From assembly GCA_040401095.1 (NCBI GenBank), contig JBBAOY010000005.1, positions 4,114 through 68,113 on the forward strand: DNA of 64,000 nucleotides. The letters run 5' to 3'. The notes beneath the pieces were generated by a model, which worked only from the letters and a program-made list of their open reading frames with translations, searched no databases and was not told the origin of the DNA. The stretch is from Limnohabitans sp. (lineage in GTDB: Bacteria > Pseudomonadota > Gammaproteobacteria > Burkholderiales > Burkholderiaceae_C). This document shows positions 32,601 through 42,279 of the stretch, piece by piece; the stretch's first letter is position 1, and each line of letters begins with the position of its first letter. The position numbers and the translations under genes were made by a program.

Positions 32601-33167
32601 GTCGGTTTTCAACTCTATAACGAGATGCTGAGCGAAGCTGTTCGTGCTTTGAAGAACGGTGAAGAACCCGACCTACTAAGCCCACTGAGTGCGACCACAG
32701 AGGTCAATCTTCACGCGCCTGCGCTACTGCCCAACGACTACTGTGGCGATGTCCATTTAAGACTGTCGTTCTACAAAAAATTAGCGATTGCCAAAACATC
32801 AGACCAAATTGATGGCTTGCTAGAAGAACTAGTAGACCGCTTTGGCAAACTGCCAATACAAGCGCAAACGCTGATCGATGTGCACCGCTTACGGGTGAAG
32901 GCCCGCGACTACGGCGTGACCAAAGTAGACGCCACGCCGCATGTGACCATCATCAGCTTCAAACCCAATCCGCCGTTTGATGCCATGCGCATCATCGAGT
33001 TGGTTCAAAAAAATAAACACATCAAGTTAGCAGGCAATGACAGGCTACGCATCGAACGTGAGCTTCCAGAGCCGATGGCCAGAGCCAAAATGGTGCAAGA
33101 TATTTTGCGGGCTTTGGGAACACCCATCACCCCATCTAAACCAACGCCTGCAACTTCGCTGACCTAG
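29679..33167 (+). CDS. mfd: Transcription-repair coupling factor
   Basis: 1162 aa with a UvrB-homology N-terminus, RNAP-interaction domain, and DEAD/helicase motifs (GDVGFGKTEVA, IIDEEHRFG, LTATPIPRT). Confidence 0.97.
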   Translation: MHLPSLSTGKRFAIDRPVGSADALWLAKLGAQEKNKKTQVAIVTADAADAHRLQDEISFFAPDVRCVLFPDWETLPYDSFSPHQDLISERLATLWRISQGDADVILIPATTALYRLAPPSFLAGYTFEFKVKQSLDETKFKEQLSLAGYSHVTQVVSPGEYAVRGGLIDLFPMGSLVPYRVDLFDNEIDSIRTFDPDSQRSLYPVPEVRLLPGREFPMDQDARGLFRKRWRELLEGDPTKSRIYKDIGNGVATAGIEYYLPLFFEETATVFNYLSPSAIVVLHGELEPVFQRFWQDTQERYRLVQGDPERPALSPASLFLSAEQFFATANQYAQLALRPYNAAGSETIFAQSLPDLMVVRGATDPLERLELYAKNTAHRLLILAESNGRRESLLDFLRASELSPVVFESLEDFEKSQEKIGIATSHLQVGFSWLETGIDFITETELFAIAPAARRRKKQEQVSDVEALIKDLSELNVGDPVVHNAHGIGRYRGLINMDLGEKTTEGLPVLQEFLHLEYADQAVLYVPVSQLHLIGRYTGVSADEAPLHKLGSAQWDKAKRRAAEQVRDAAAELLNIYARRAARVGHPFRYSPQDYETFANDFGFEETADQRAAIHAVIQDMISPRPMDRLVCGDVGFGKTEVALRAAFVAVTGGKQVAFLAPTTLLAEQHFQTLTDRFSKWPIKIAEMSRFRSAKEITLAAKGLADGQVDIVVGTHKLLSESVKFKDLGLLIIDEEHRFGVRHKETMKAIRAEVDVLTLTATPIPRTLGMALEGLRDLSVIATAPQRRLAIKTFVRTEGNGVIREAVLRELKRGGQCYFLHNEVDTIENRRARLEELLPEARIAIAHGQMPERELERVMRDFVAQRYNVLLCSTIIETGIDVPTANTIIMSRADKFGLAQLHQLRGRVGRSHHQAYAYLMVPDIESLTKQATQRLDAIQQMEELGSGFYLAMHDLEIRGAGEVLGESQSGNMLEVGFQLYNEMLSEAVRALKNGEEPDLLSPLSATTEVNLHAPALLPNDYCGDVHLRLSFYKKLAIAKTSDQIDGLLEELVDRFGKLPIQAQTLIDVHRLRVKARDYGVTKVDATPHVTIISFKPNPPFDAMRIIELVQKNKHIKLAGNDRLRIERELPEPMARAKMVQDILRALGTPITPSKPTPATSLT

Positions 33168-33207
33168 ATCATCTAAGCTCACCGTTTCGTTTCGCTTTTC
33201 TTTTCTT

Positions 33208-33921
33208 ATGTCACCACAAGAATTTGCTCCAGGACTTTTTATCCAAGGCTTTCAACCGCCGCTTGCATTGCACGATTTCAAGCTGATTGCCTTTGATATG
33301 GATTCAACCCTCATCAATATCGAATGCATCGATGAAATCGCCGATGCTGCTGGACGCAAAGCCGAGGTCAGCGCAATTACAGAAGCTGCCATGCGAGGTG
33401 AAATTACGGACTTCAAAGATAGTTTGCGCAAGCGGGTTGCCTTACTCAAAGGCGTGCCACAAGAAGCCTTAGATGACGTCTTTACCAAGCGCTTGCGCTT
33501 GAACCCTGGTGCTAAGGAATTGGTAGACGTATGCAAGCAACACGGCATGAAAGTATTGCTAGTGAGTGGAGGTTTTACTTTTTTTGCAGACCGTGTAGGG
33601 CACATGCTCAACATTGACTTCACCCGCAGCAATATTCTTGAAATTACAGATGGACAACTCACAGGTCGGTTAGTGGATCAGCCTTGGGGCGATATCTGCG
33701 ACGGTGCAGAGAAACGAAAAAAACTTCTTGAAACTTGTGCTGAGTTAGGTATCTCACCTAAACAAAGCATCGCCATGGGAGATGGCGCAAATGACTTGTT
33801 AATGATGGGCGTTGCAGGACTCTCTGTGGCTTACCACGCCAAGCCCAAAGTTCGCGAACAAGCCATGGTGTCTATCCAAGCAGGCGGTTTGGATCGCTTG
33901 CTAGAAATAGTTAAATCCTAA
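33208..33921 (+). CDS. serB: Phosphoserine phosphatase (HAD superfamily, SerB-type)
   Basis: LIAFDMDSTLINIECIDEIAD (DxDST motif), LVSGGF, GDGANDL. Confidence 0.86.
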   Translation: MSPQEFAPGLFIQGFQPPLALHDFKLIAFDMDSTLINIECIDEIADAAGRKAEVSAITEAAMRGEITDFKDSLRKRVALLKGVPQEALDDVFTKRLRLNPGAKELVDVCKQHGMKVLLVSGGFTFFADRVGHMLNIDFTRSNILEITDGQLTGRLVDQPWGDICDGAEKRKKLLETCAELGISPKQSIAMGDGANDLLMMGVAGLSVAYHAKPKVREQAMVSIQAGGLDRLLEIVKS

Positions 33922-33988
33922 AAGCACCCAATTTATAAACTGGCTATTACAAATTTTGTTTACCGTTAACTTTTAATCGGTTAATCAA

Positions 33989-35893
33989 TTAACGTAAAGC
34001 CTGATAAATAGTCTGCGCAAGTTCTAGAGAAATACCTTCCACACTGCAAAGGTCTTGCACACTAGCCTGCGCTACGCCACGCGCACCGCCAAAACGTTGC
34101 AACAACTTGGCGCGCTTCTTGGGTCCTATTCCAGCGATCTCTTCTAAAGTGCTGCCACCCACACGCACTTTCGCCCGAGCGGCACGCATGCCAGTAATCG
34201 CAAAGCGATGCGCTTCGTCGCGAATCTGTGCAATCAACATCAATGCAGCCGAATCGCGGCCTAAGTAGACTTTTTCTCGGCCATCGGCAAAAACCAATTC
34301 CTCTAGTCCCACCTTACGCCCTTCGCCTTTTTCTACACCCACAATCCGCGACAGATCCAATCCAAGCACTTCAAATACTTCGCGTGCCATAGAAACTTGA
34401 CCCTTGCCTCCATCAATCAACACCAAGTCTGGTAACTTACCTTCGCCTGCGCGCACCGCTTCAGCCAGTTTGCTGTAGCGACGCTCCAGCACTTGGCGCA
34501 TGGCCGCATAGTCATCCCCTGGTGTGATGCCCTCGATGTTGTAGCGGCGGTATTCGCTGCTTTGCATTTTGTGGTGGTGGAAGATGACGCAAGATGCTTG
34601 GGTAGATTCACCCGATGTGTGTGAAATATCAAAACACTCGACCCGAAACACATCCATGTTGTCGACGTCTAAATCCAAGGCATCGACCAAAGAGCGCGTC
34701 CGCGCCTGTTGCGAGCCCTCCTCTGCTAACAGCCGAGCGAGTTGGATATCGGCGTTTTGTTGCGCCATCTCCAACCACACCTTGCGCTGCTCACGGGGGT
34801 TGTGCAGTGCGTTGATCTTGACACCCGTTTGCTCGATCAAGGTTTGTATCAACTGCTTATCCACCGCATGGCTTGTGACCAGCGTTGGCGGCACAGGTAT
34901 TTCAATATAGTGTTGGCTTAAAAATGCTTCCAATACTTCAGTCGGTTCTGCGTCATCCACATGCACAGGAAAGTAAGGTCTATCACCCAAATGGCGACCA
35001 CCTCGCACCATTGCCAAATTAACGCAGGCACGCCCACCTTGCACCTTGACGGCCAAGATATCCACATCTTGGTCGCCCACCGTATCCACGGCTTGCTGAT
35101 GCAAAACTTTAGACAAGGCGCCCATTTGGTTACGCAACTCTGCCGCTTGCTCAAACTCCAACTTGTCCGCATGCGCCATCATGCGCGCCTCGATCGACTG
35201 CATCACTTCGTGGGTTTGACCGCGCAAAAGTCGCATCGCGCTATCGACATCACTTTGATAGGCCTCCAGCGAAATATGCGCTACACAAGGGGCCGAACAC
35301 CGCTTGATTTGGTAGAGCAAGCAAGGACGTGTGCGGTTGTGATACACCGTGTCTTCACAGGTACGTAGGCGAAAAACTTTTTGCAGCAACTGAATAGCCT
35401 CGCGAACCGCCCAAACACTGGGATAAGGACCAAAATATTCATGCCGCTTGTCTACCGCACCGCGGTAATAAACCACCCTAGATACATTGCTGGCTTTGTT
35501 TTTGGAAGTGTCTGTTGCGCGGGTTATCTTTAAGTATGGGTAGCTCTTATCGTCTCGAAACAAAATGTTGTAGCGGGGCTTGAGCGATTTGATGAGATTG
35601 TTTTCTAGCAGCAAGGCCTCGGCTTCAGAACGCACCACCGTGGTTTCCATACGCACGATTTTGCTCACCATGTGGCCTATGCGGGTTCCAGATTTTTCTT
35701 TTTGGAAGTAACTGGCCACACGTTTTTTCAAACTAATGGCTTTACCCACATAGAGCACTTGCTCGTTGACATCGAAATAACGGTAAACCCCTGGCAAGCC
35801 GGGCAATGCAGCCACCTGCGCTAACAATTCAGCGCTGTGGCGATTGGCAACTTCTTCATCGGGAGCAGACTCTGGCAAGTTTTCTTCAGACAT
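33989..35893 (-). CDS. uvrC: Excinuclease ABC subunit C
   Basis: [12 protein letters not shown]...VLYVGKA GIY-YIG domain, UVR domain, endonuclease V-like domain, and C-terminal (HhH)2. Start set to the ATG at 35893 (MSEENLP). The track ORF extends 38 codons further, into earP. Confidence 0.93.
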   Translation of the reverse strand: MSEENLPESAPDEEVANRHSAELLAQVAALPGLPGVYRYFDVNEQVLYVGKAISLKKRVASYFQKEKSGTRIGHMVSKIVRMETTVVRSEAEALLLENNLIKSLKPRYNILFRDDKSYPYLKITRATDTSKNKASNVSRVVYYRGAVDKRHEYFGPYPSVWAVREAIQLLQKVFRLRTCEDTVYHNRTRPCLLYQIKRCSAPCVAHISLEAYQSDVDSAMRLLRGQTHEVMQSIEARMMAHADKLEFEQAAELRNQMGALSKVLHQQAVDTVGDQDVDILAVKVQGGRACVNLAMVRGGRHLGDRPYFPVHVDDAEPTEVLEAFLSQHYIEIPVPPTLVTSHAVDKQLIQTLIEQTGVKINALHNPREQRKVWLEMAQQNADIQLARLLAEEGSQQARTRSLVDALDLDVDNMDVFRVECFDISHTSGESTQASCVIFHHHKMQSSEYRRYNIEGITPGDDYAAMRQVLERRYSKLAEAVRAGEGKLPDLVLIDGGKGQVSMAREVFEVLGLDLSRIVGVEKGEGRKVGLEELVFADGREKVYLGRDSAALMLIAQIRDEAHRFAITGMRAARAKVRVGGSTLEEIAGIGPKKRAKLLQRFGGARGVAQASVQDLCSVEGISLELAQTIYQALR

Positions 35894-35933
35894 TTGCGTA
35901 TTGTGGACAATCTCACGGGTGACTTCCAAATTT

Positions 35934-37010
35934 TTGCAGTGGGATATTTTTTGCCACGTCATCGACAACCACGGCGACCTCGGGGTCAGTTGGCGTTTGG
36001 CCGTCAACTTGGCCCAACGCGGACACTCTGTGCATCTGTGGGTCGACGATAGCAGTGCACTAACTTGGATGGCTCCGCAGGGCTATCCCAAGGTTGAAGT
36101 TTTAGAGTGGTCTGACGCTGAAACCACCTCAACAGTTGGCGATGTCGTGATGGAAGCCTTTGGCTGCAGGCTGCCAGAACACCTTGAAGGCTTGATTGCA
36201 AAACATGGTGCAACCTGGATCAACCTCGAGTACTTGAGCGCGGAAGGCTATGTCACCCAATCTCACGGTTTAGCGTCACCCGTCATGCATGGACCCGCCA
36301 AAGGCCATACTAAATGGTTTTTTTATCCAGGTTTTGTCACTGGTACAGGCGGTTTGATACGCGAGACTGATTTGATTCAAAAGCAAGCAGCATTCGATCG
36401 CCGTGCATGGTTAACGCAATACGCACCTCAAGCATTGAACGCACAAATGGGTTCGCAGCGGCGTTTGATTTCACTTTTTTGCTACGAGCCAAGTTCCTTA
36501 CAAGATGTGCTTATGCAGCTGGCAAAAGATGAGATCGCCACTACGTTATTGGTGACACAGGGCCGTTCCCGGCAAGCTGTAGCAAAAGCATTGCAAGCAT
36601 TGCAAATGCCCAACACGGGGAGCGGCAATCTGCAAATTGAACAACTGCCCTATCTCAGCCAAAAAGATTTCGACCATTTACTCTGGGCCTGTGACTTGAA
36701 CTTTGTGCGGGGTGAAGACTCTATCGTGCGCGCCCTTTGGGCTGGCAAGCCCTTTGTTTGGCAAATTTATCCGCAAGACGATCAAGCACACCACGTGAAA
36801 CTTCAAGCCTTTTGCGACACCTTACACATGCCGCTCGATTTGGCTCAAATGCACAAAATTTGGAATGGCATATCCAACAAAGGGATGACTTCGCTACAGC
36901 CAACCCAACTCCAAGACTGGGCGTCTTGGGCCAGCAAAATAAAGTCGGATTTGGGGGGGCAAGACGACTTAGTGACGCAATTAGGGCAGTTTGTGTCCCA
37001 AAAACGCTAA
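35934..37010 (+). CDS. earP: EF-P arginine-32 rhamnosyltransferase EarP
   Basis: (TTG)[30 protein letters not shown] is the EarP N-terminal signature. Lies immediately upstream of an efp that has Arg at position 32. Start is the TTG at 35934, with GTG at 35919 as an alternative. The track ORF start at 35844 overlaps uvrC. Confidence 0.82.
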   Translation: MQWDIFCHVIDNHGDLGVSWRLAVNLAQRGHSVHLWVDDSSALTWMAPQGYPKVEVLEWSDAETTSTVGDVVMEAFGCRLPEHLEGLIAKHGATWINLEYLSAEGYVTQSHGLASPVMHGPAKGHTKWFFYPGFVTGTGGLIRETDLIQKQAAFDRRAWLTQYAPQALNAQMGSQRRLISLFCYEPSSLQDVLMQLAKDEIATTLLVTQGRSRQAVAKALQALQMPNTGSGNLQIEQLPYLSQKDFDHLLWACDLNFVRGEDSIVRALWAGKPFVWQIYPQDDQAHHVKLQAFCDTLHMPLDLAQMHKIWNGISNKGMTSLQPTQLQDWASWASKIKSDLGGQDDLVTQLGQFVSQKR

Positions 37011-37083
37011 AATCAGGGGCTTTGCGATTTCCATGCGGCTTTAAGCCTCGGAAATCTCTCATTTACTTACAAGAATCTAACCT

Positions 37084-37638
37084 ATGAAAACCGCTCAAGA
37101 AATACGCGTCGGCAACGTCATCATGCATGGTAAGGACCCCATGGTGGTCCTGCGCACCGAATACAGCCGTGGCGGACGCGGTTCCTCCACTGTACGCATG
37201 AAGCTCAAAAGCTTGATTGCCAACTTCGGTACCGAGGTTGTATTTCGCGCAGACGACAAAATGGACCAAGTCATTTTGGACAAAAAAGAATGCACCTATT
37301 CTTATTTCGCGGACCCGATGTATGTTTGCATGGACAGCGAATTCAACCAATACGAAGTCGAAGCCAGCAATATGGGCGATGCTTTGAACTACTTGGAAGA
37401 CGGCATGTCCCTCGAAGTCGTTTTCTATGATGAGAAAGCTATCTCGGTTGAATTGCCCACCACGGTCGTGCGTGAAATCACTTGGACTGAGCCCGCCGTC
37501 AAAGGCGACACGTCAGGCAAAGTATTGAAGCCCGCCAAGATCGCTACCGGCTTTGAAGTGCCAGTGCCTATTTTTGTGGCGCAAGGTGATAAAGTCGAAA
37601 TCGATACACGCACAGGCGAATACCGCAAGCGCGTCTAG
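37084..37638 (+). CDS. efp: Translation elongation factor P (Arg32 type)
   Basis: [44 protein letters not shown]. Residue 32, counted by hand, is R in the loop SRGGRGSS. Confidence 0.96.
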   Translation: MKTAQEIRVGNVIMHGKDPMVVLRTEYSRGGRGSSTVRMKLKSLIANFGTEVVFRADDKMDQVILDKKECTYSYFADPMYVCMDSEFNQYEVEASNMGDALNYLEDGMSLEVVFYDEKAISVELPTTVVREITWTEPAVKGDTSGKVLKPAKIATGFEVPVPIFVAQGDKVEIDTRTGEYRKRV

Positions 37639-37666
37639 TCCGTCAACACTCCGGCAACACTTCAAC

Positions 37667-37695
37667 AAAAGGCCTGCTTGCAGGCCTTTTTAATT
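37667..37695 (+). terminator. Intrinsic terminator after efp
   Basis: AAAAGGCCTG-cttg-CAGGCCTTTT followed by TAATTT. Confidence 0.8.
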
Positions 37696-37724
37696 TCTCC
37701 GACACAACCCTCGAGGTGATATTT

Positions 37725-38588
37725 ATGGATGGAATGCTTGACCCCCAAGACCCGCGCTTATCGCAAGCGTGGGACACACTGAAAGCGCAGAGCCAAAGCG
37801 GTGATGCGCTAGTACCTGAATCCAACCGCCTTGCCTTTGCTGATCCAGAGTTTCTGTTGCGACGCGAGACGCGCGGCATTCGTTTTCAGTTGGAAATGCT
37901 CAAACCTGATTTAGCGCAACAAGAACAAGGCATAGAGCATACGGTGGTCGTGTTTGGCAGTGCGCGTTTTCAAAGTCAAGAAAAGGCGCAAAAAACTTTA
38001 GAAGCTGCCATAAACGCTGGTGTGGCCATAGACATTAAGCGTGCAGAGGCTTTGGTGCGTAATGCGCATTTCTATGAACAAGCACGTGCATTTGGTCATT
38101 TGATTGCCCAATACAGCGCCGACAAGCACAATCCCAACAAACTTTTTATATGCACTGGCGGCGGGCCTGGCATTATGGAAGCCGCCAATCGTGGCGCATC
38201 TGAAGCAGGCGGTATCAGCGTAGGACTCAATATCGCCCTACCCCATGAACAAACGCCCAACCCCTACATCACGCCCGAACTGAGTTTTAAGTTCCACTAC
38301 TTTGCATTACGCAAAATGCATTTCATGATGCGCGCCAAGGCTTTGGTAGCGTTCCCTGGTGGCTTTGGCACCATGGACGAATTGTTCGAAACCTTGACTT
38401 TGGTGCAATGCAAAAAGGCGAAGCCCGTACCCATCGTGTTGTTTGGCACCGAGTACTGGAAAAAAGTATTCCATCCAGAAAATATGCTGGAAGAAGGTGT
38501 GATTGCCGAAGAAGACCTAGATCTGTTTCACTATGTCGACACGGTAGAAGACGCGTGGGAAGTTATTCGTGCGTTTTATGCACTCTGA
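37725..38588 (+). CDS. LOG/TIGR00730-family nucleotide N-glycosidase-like protein
   Basis: VVVFGSARF...ICTGGGPGIMEAANRGA...PGGFGTMDELFE are the LOG-family motifs. ATG at 37725 preceded by GAGG. The track starts at GTG 37716. Confidence 0.8.
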   Translation: MDGMLDPQDPRLSQAWDTLKAQSQSGDALVPESNRLAFADPEFLLRRETRGIRFQLEMLKPDLAQQEQGIEHTVVVFGSARFQSQEKAQKTLEAAINAGVAIDIKRAEALVRNAHFYEQARAFGHLIAQYSADKHNPNKLFICTGGGPGIMEAANRGASEAGGISVGLNIALPHEQTPNPYITPELSFKFHYFALRKMHFMMRAKALVAFPGGFGTMDELFETLTLVQCKKAKPVPIVLFGTEYWKKVFHPENMLEEGVIAEEDLDLFHYVDTVEDAWEVIRAFYAL

Positions 38589-39714
38589 GCAAATACGCGC
38601 TGCGAGCACCTAGACCCACCGCTACAGATACACACCAGAAAACAGCGCCCACACCAATCACCGTACCCGCTACACCGAACAACATAGGCATCAATACGCT
38701 CGAGGCATTGATACCCATCAAGCGCAAACCCAAAGCTTCGCCATGGCGTGACTCTGGTGTGATTTGATGCAAGGTGCTCATCACCATAGGTTGTACAGAC
38801 CCCAGCGACAAGCCCAGAAATACTGAGCAAATACCCATCGCCAATGCGCTTTGCATAAAAGGGTAAATACCGAGCAAAGCAGAAGTAATCAGCATGGCAG
38901 CGGTGATGACTTGCCACTCTTGCAATTTGGCGACAACCATAGGTAGCAAGAAACGAATCAACGCGGCGGCGATCGCAAAACCACCCAAAATGGATCCAAT
39001 CGATGAAGCGCTGAGGTCTCTTTCATGACCCAAGATAGGCACTACAAAAGTATGCACGTCCCAGCATGCCGACAAAAACCAGTTCACCAACAACAAACGC
39101 CTAAACATGGTGTTGTTGAGTAAATCCCAAGCGCTGTTTGCCTCGTGCCCAGGAGGATTGACAACAGCGGGCAACTCATGTGTTTGACGCACCCAGAACC
39201 AGGCCATTATGGGTAACACCGCCATCGCCGCATAAGCCCATTGAAAGCCTGCATAGTCGATCAAAATACCTGCGCTGAATGGGCCAATGAAATTGGAAAT
39301 AGCCGGACCAACAGACAACCAACTAAAGACTTGTTTCATCTCGGTCACGTCTTGTGCCGCACGCCCAACGTGACGTTGCAATGCAATGATCGCGGCGCCT
39401 GTCGCACCGCCGGTCATCAAGGCACTAAAACACAGCACAGGAAAAATAGGCCAGATCGCTGCACTGGCAGCACCCAAACTCGCCATCAACACGCTCCAAG
39501 CTACTGGCTTTTTGAGTCCATGCATATCGGCATAACGACCCGCAGGTAGGGCCAAGAAAACTTGCGTTAAGGCGAATAAAGCCAGAAGAAAACCAACGGT
39601 TGCAGCGCTCTCGCCAGCACGTAAAGCCATCAATGGCGTTGCCATGCGCATACCGGTCATGCACGCATGCAGACAAACTTGGCCTGCAATCAATCGAAAG
39701 AGTTCGCGCTTCAA
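38563..39714 (-). CDS. MFS transporter
   Basis: 383 aa with about 12 predicted hydrophobic spans. TTG start overlaps the rmuC stop (TTGA). Confidence 0.8.
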   Translation of the reverse strand: MKRELFRLIAGQVCLHACMTGMRMATPLMALRAGESAATVGFLLALFALTQVFLALPAGRYADMHGLKKPVAWSVLMASLGAASAAIWPIFPVLCFSALMTGGATGAAIIALQRHVGRAAQDVTEMKQVFSWLSVGPAISNFIGPFSAGILIDYAGFQWAYAAMAVLPIMAWFWVRQTHELPAVVNPPGHEANSAWDLLNNTMFRRLLLVNWFLSACWDVHTFVVPILGHERDLSASSIGSILGGFAIAAALIRFLLPMVVAKLQEWQVITAAMLITSALLGIYPFMQSALAMGICSVFLGLSLGSVQPMVMSTLHQITPESRHGEALGLRLMGINASSVLMPMLFGVAGTVIGVGAVFWCVSVAVGLGARSAYLLRVHKTHE

Positions 39715-40970
39715 AGCGTCGTATCCGAACTATCCGTGTCGTCTAATGGTTCATCGACTAGTGGTAAGAATTTTTGTGATTCGCCTTCTGGCAAGGCTTC
39801 TACATTTTTTAAAGCGCGGCGCATTTGTCGGCTTCGGGTATCTGCTTTGTCCAAAGTGTCTGCTGCTTTTTGCACCTGTTCGCGTACTTTTTCTACCCAA
39901 TCGCCGTAGCGCTCAAATTCTGTTTTGACAGCACCCAGTACCTTCCACACTTCAGAAGCCTGCTGTTCCAAAGCCAGTGTGCGAAAGCCCATATGCAGGC
40001 TGTTGAGCATGGCAAGTAAGGTTGTCGGACCTGCCAAAGTCACCCGATAGTCGCGTTGCAGGCTGTCAACCAGGCCAGGCCGACGCAAAACTTCTGCATA
40101 CAGGCCTTCGATAGGTAAAAACAAAATCGCGAAGTCGGTGGTGTGCGGTGGCGCCAAATAACTCTCTGCAATGCTTTTGGCTTCGGTACGAATCCGAACT
40201 TCCAATGCTTTAGAAAAAGCCTCGGTAGCCAGCACATCTGAACGCTCATGGGCGTCTAACAAACGCTCGTAGTCTTCACGCGGAAATTTCGCATCAATCG
40301 GCAACCAAACAGGTTCGCCATCTTGACCCCCGCGACCAGGAAAGCGAATCGCGAAATCTACGCGCTGGTTACTACGTGGTTTGGTTTCTACTTGCTTGGC
40401 GTATTGCTCAATGGTGAGAACTTGTTCTAGCAAAGCCTCTAGTTGCACTTCGCCCACAATGCCACGGGTTTTGACATTGGTGAGCACGCGCTGCAAGTCG
40501 CCCACGCCTTGTGCCAGTTTTTGCATTTGGCCTAGGCCGTTATGGACTTGTTCTAATCTTTCAGCCACTTGTTTGAAACTCTCGGACAAGCGCTTTTCTA
40601 GCGTTGTCTGTAATTTCTCATCGACTGTGCGACGCATTTCATCTAGCTTTTCGTTATTGCTTTTTTGCAGCTGCTGCAACTGTTGGTGCAAGGTGTCTCC
40701 CACAGACTTTTGCATCAGGCTGAGTTGCTGAATTTGGCTTTGTTGAAAGGTAGCCAAGTTTTGGGTGAGTTCTTGACGCGCATCGCGCGATGCCTCTGTC
40801 ACTTCAAGGCGCAAGGCTCTTTCTAGACGGTCTAATTTTTCGTCGAGGTATTTTTGAATGTCTAGCTTGTTATCGTCAGAGGATTTTGAAATGGAGCGCC
40901 AAACTAATAAAACCAACAAAAATAAATTTATGCCAATAAGCCCAAGTACAAAATCAAGTTGTATATCCAT
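39711..40970 (-). CDS. rmuC: DNA recombination protein RmuC
   Basis: N-terminal TM helix, a long Q/E/L-rich coiled coil, and a C-terminal RmuC nuclease-like domain (VDFAIRFPG...WLPIDAKFP). Start set to ATG 40970 (MDIQLDFVLGLIG). Confidence 0.87.
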   Translation of the reverse strand: MDIQLDFVLGLIGINLFLLVLLVWRSISKSSDDNKLDIQKYLDEKLDRLERALRLEVTEASRDARQELTQNLATFQQSQIQQLSLMQKSVGDTLHQQLQQLQKSNNEKLDEMRRTVDEKLQTTLEKRLSESFKQVAERLEQVHNGLGQMQKLAQGVGDLQRVLTNVKTRGIVGEVQLEALLEQVLTIEQYAKQVETKPRSNQRVDFAIRFPGRGGQDGEPVWLPIDAKFPREDYERLLDAHERSDVLATEAFSKALEVRIRTEAKSIAESYLAPPHTTDFAILFLPIEGLYAEVLRRPGLVDSLQRDYRVTLAGPTTLLAMLNSLHMGFRTLALEQQASEVWKVLGAVKTEFERYGDWVEKVREQVQKAADTLDKADTRSRQMRRALKNVEALPEGESQKFLPLVDEPLDDTDSSDTTL

Positions 40971-40995
40971 ATATTTAATACATTTAGAGAAAGGC

Positions 40996-42270
40996 CTAGG
41001 CGAACTCAGCCATGTAAACAAGTGCACCTGCAATGTATCCAATAAAAGCAAGCCCGCTTATTTTTTTCAAATACCACACAAAATCGATCTTTTCTATTCC
41101 CATCGCAGCAACACCCGCTGCTGAACCGATGATCAATATGGATCCGCCTGTACCCGCGCAATAGGCAAGAAATTCCCAAATAAAGCTGTCTGCTGGAAAT
41201 TTTTCTAAACTGTACATACCCATTGACGCAGCGACTAAAGGAACGTTGTCTACAACCGCACTCACCAGTCCAATCAGTAAAACAATTAAATATTGTCGTC
41301 CTACAGTTTCATCAAGCCATGCGGCAAGGGAAGAAAGAATATGTGTGTGTTCAAGAACAGAAACTGCAAGAAGTATCCCTATAAAAAACACAATGGATGA
41401 CATGTCGATCCGAGACAAAGCGGTGGAGAGGTCAAGATGGTTCCTGGCCTCAAAAGATTTTTCTTTATGAATCAAATCGCCCACTATCCACAAGAGACCT
41501 AAACCCAAAAGCACACCCATGAATGGGGGCAAGTGAGTTACCGTTTTAAAAGCGGGGACTGCCACCAGAACTCCGAGGCCTAAGAAGAACATGATATTTC
41601 TCTCAGAGATTGAAGTGGCAAACCCATCTCTCGAATTAACCTGTAAGGGAGCCACAACACCTTTGCCCCGCAACATCCAACTAACAACCAAAAGCGGCGC
41701 CAACAGATTTACCACTGAAGGAAAGAATAGGCCTTGGATGATTGCGAGCGGAGTAATTTGACCTCCGATCCAAAGCATGGTGGTTGTCACATCGCCAATA
41801 GGTGACCATGCGCCACCAGCATTTGCTGCAATCACAATCATTCCAGCAAAAAACAACCTGTCTTCACGCTTGTCTAGAAGTTTTCGGACCAAAGAAATCA
41901 TAACAATCGTAGTTGTTAAGTTGTCCAAAATAGCGCTTAGAAAAAAAGCCACCCAACAAATAATCCACAGCAAAGTTGGCAAACTTTGCGTATTGATTCT
42001 TGCAGTCACCACATCAAAGCCTTGGTGCGCGTCTACTACCTCCACAATGGCCATGGCAGCCATTAAAAAGAAAACAATTTGAGCTGTACCGACCAAGCTG
42101 ATAGATAACTCTTGGTTGATTTGCTCCACATCATTAGAAACAAGCGCGTAGATAGCCCATAAAAGCCCTGCTCCCAATAAAGCTGAAGCTGATTTATTGA
42201 TTTTGAGCGGATGCTCGAAGGCAATAGCCACATAAGTAATAACAAAAATAATGACAAGCAATGAAACCAT
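40996..42270 (-). CDS. nhaD: NhaD/ArsB-superfamily Na+/H+ antiporter-like permease
   Basis: 424 aa polytopic protein. MVSLLVIIFVITYVAIAFEHPLKINKSASALLGAGLLW resembles NhaD N-termini. Substrate not verifiable. Confidence 0.72.
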   Translation of the reverse strand: MVSLLVIIFVITYVAIAFEHPLKINKSASALLGAGLLWAIYALVSNDVEQINQELSISLVGTAQIVFFLMAAMAIVEVVDAHQGFDVVTARINTQSLPTLLWIICWVAFFLSAILDNLTTTIVMISLVRKLLDKREDRLFFAGMIVIAANAGGAWSPIGDVTTTMLWIGGQITPLAIIQGLFFPSVVNLLAPLLVVSWMLRGKGVVAPLQVNSRDGFATSISERNIMFFLGLGVLVAVPAFKTVTHLPPFMGVLLGLGLLWIVGDLIHKEKSFEARNHLDLSTALSRIDMSSIVFFIGILLAVSVLEHTHILSSLAAWLDETVGRQYLIVLLIGLVSAVVDNVPLVAASMGMYSLEKFPADSFIWEFLAYCAGTGGSILIIGSAAGVAAMGIEKIDFVWYLKKISGLAFIGYIAGALVYMAEFA

Positions 42271-42279
42271 GTATGGCCT

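Noticed and set aside
33922-33988. AT-rich serB/uvrC convergent spacer with GTTAAT..ATTAAC-type dyads as a terminator or binding site
   Set aside because: The stems are short, AT-only and lack a T-run. They are indistinguishable from chance in AT-rich DNA.
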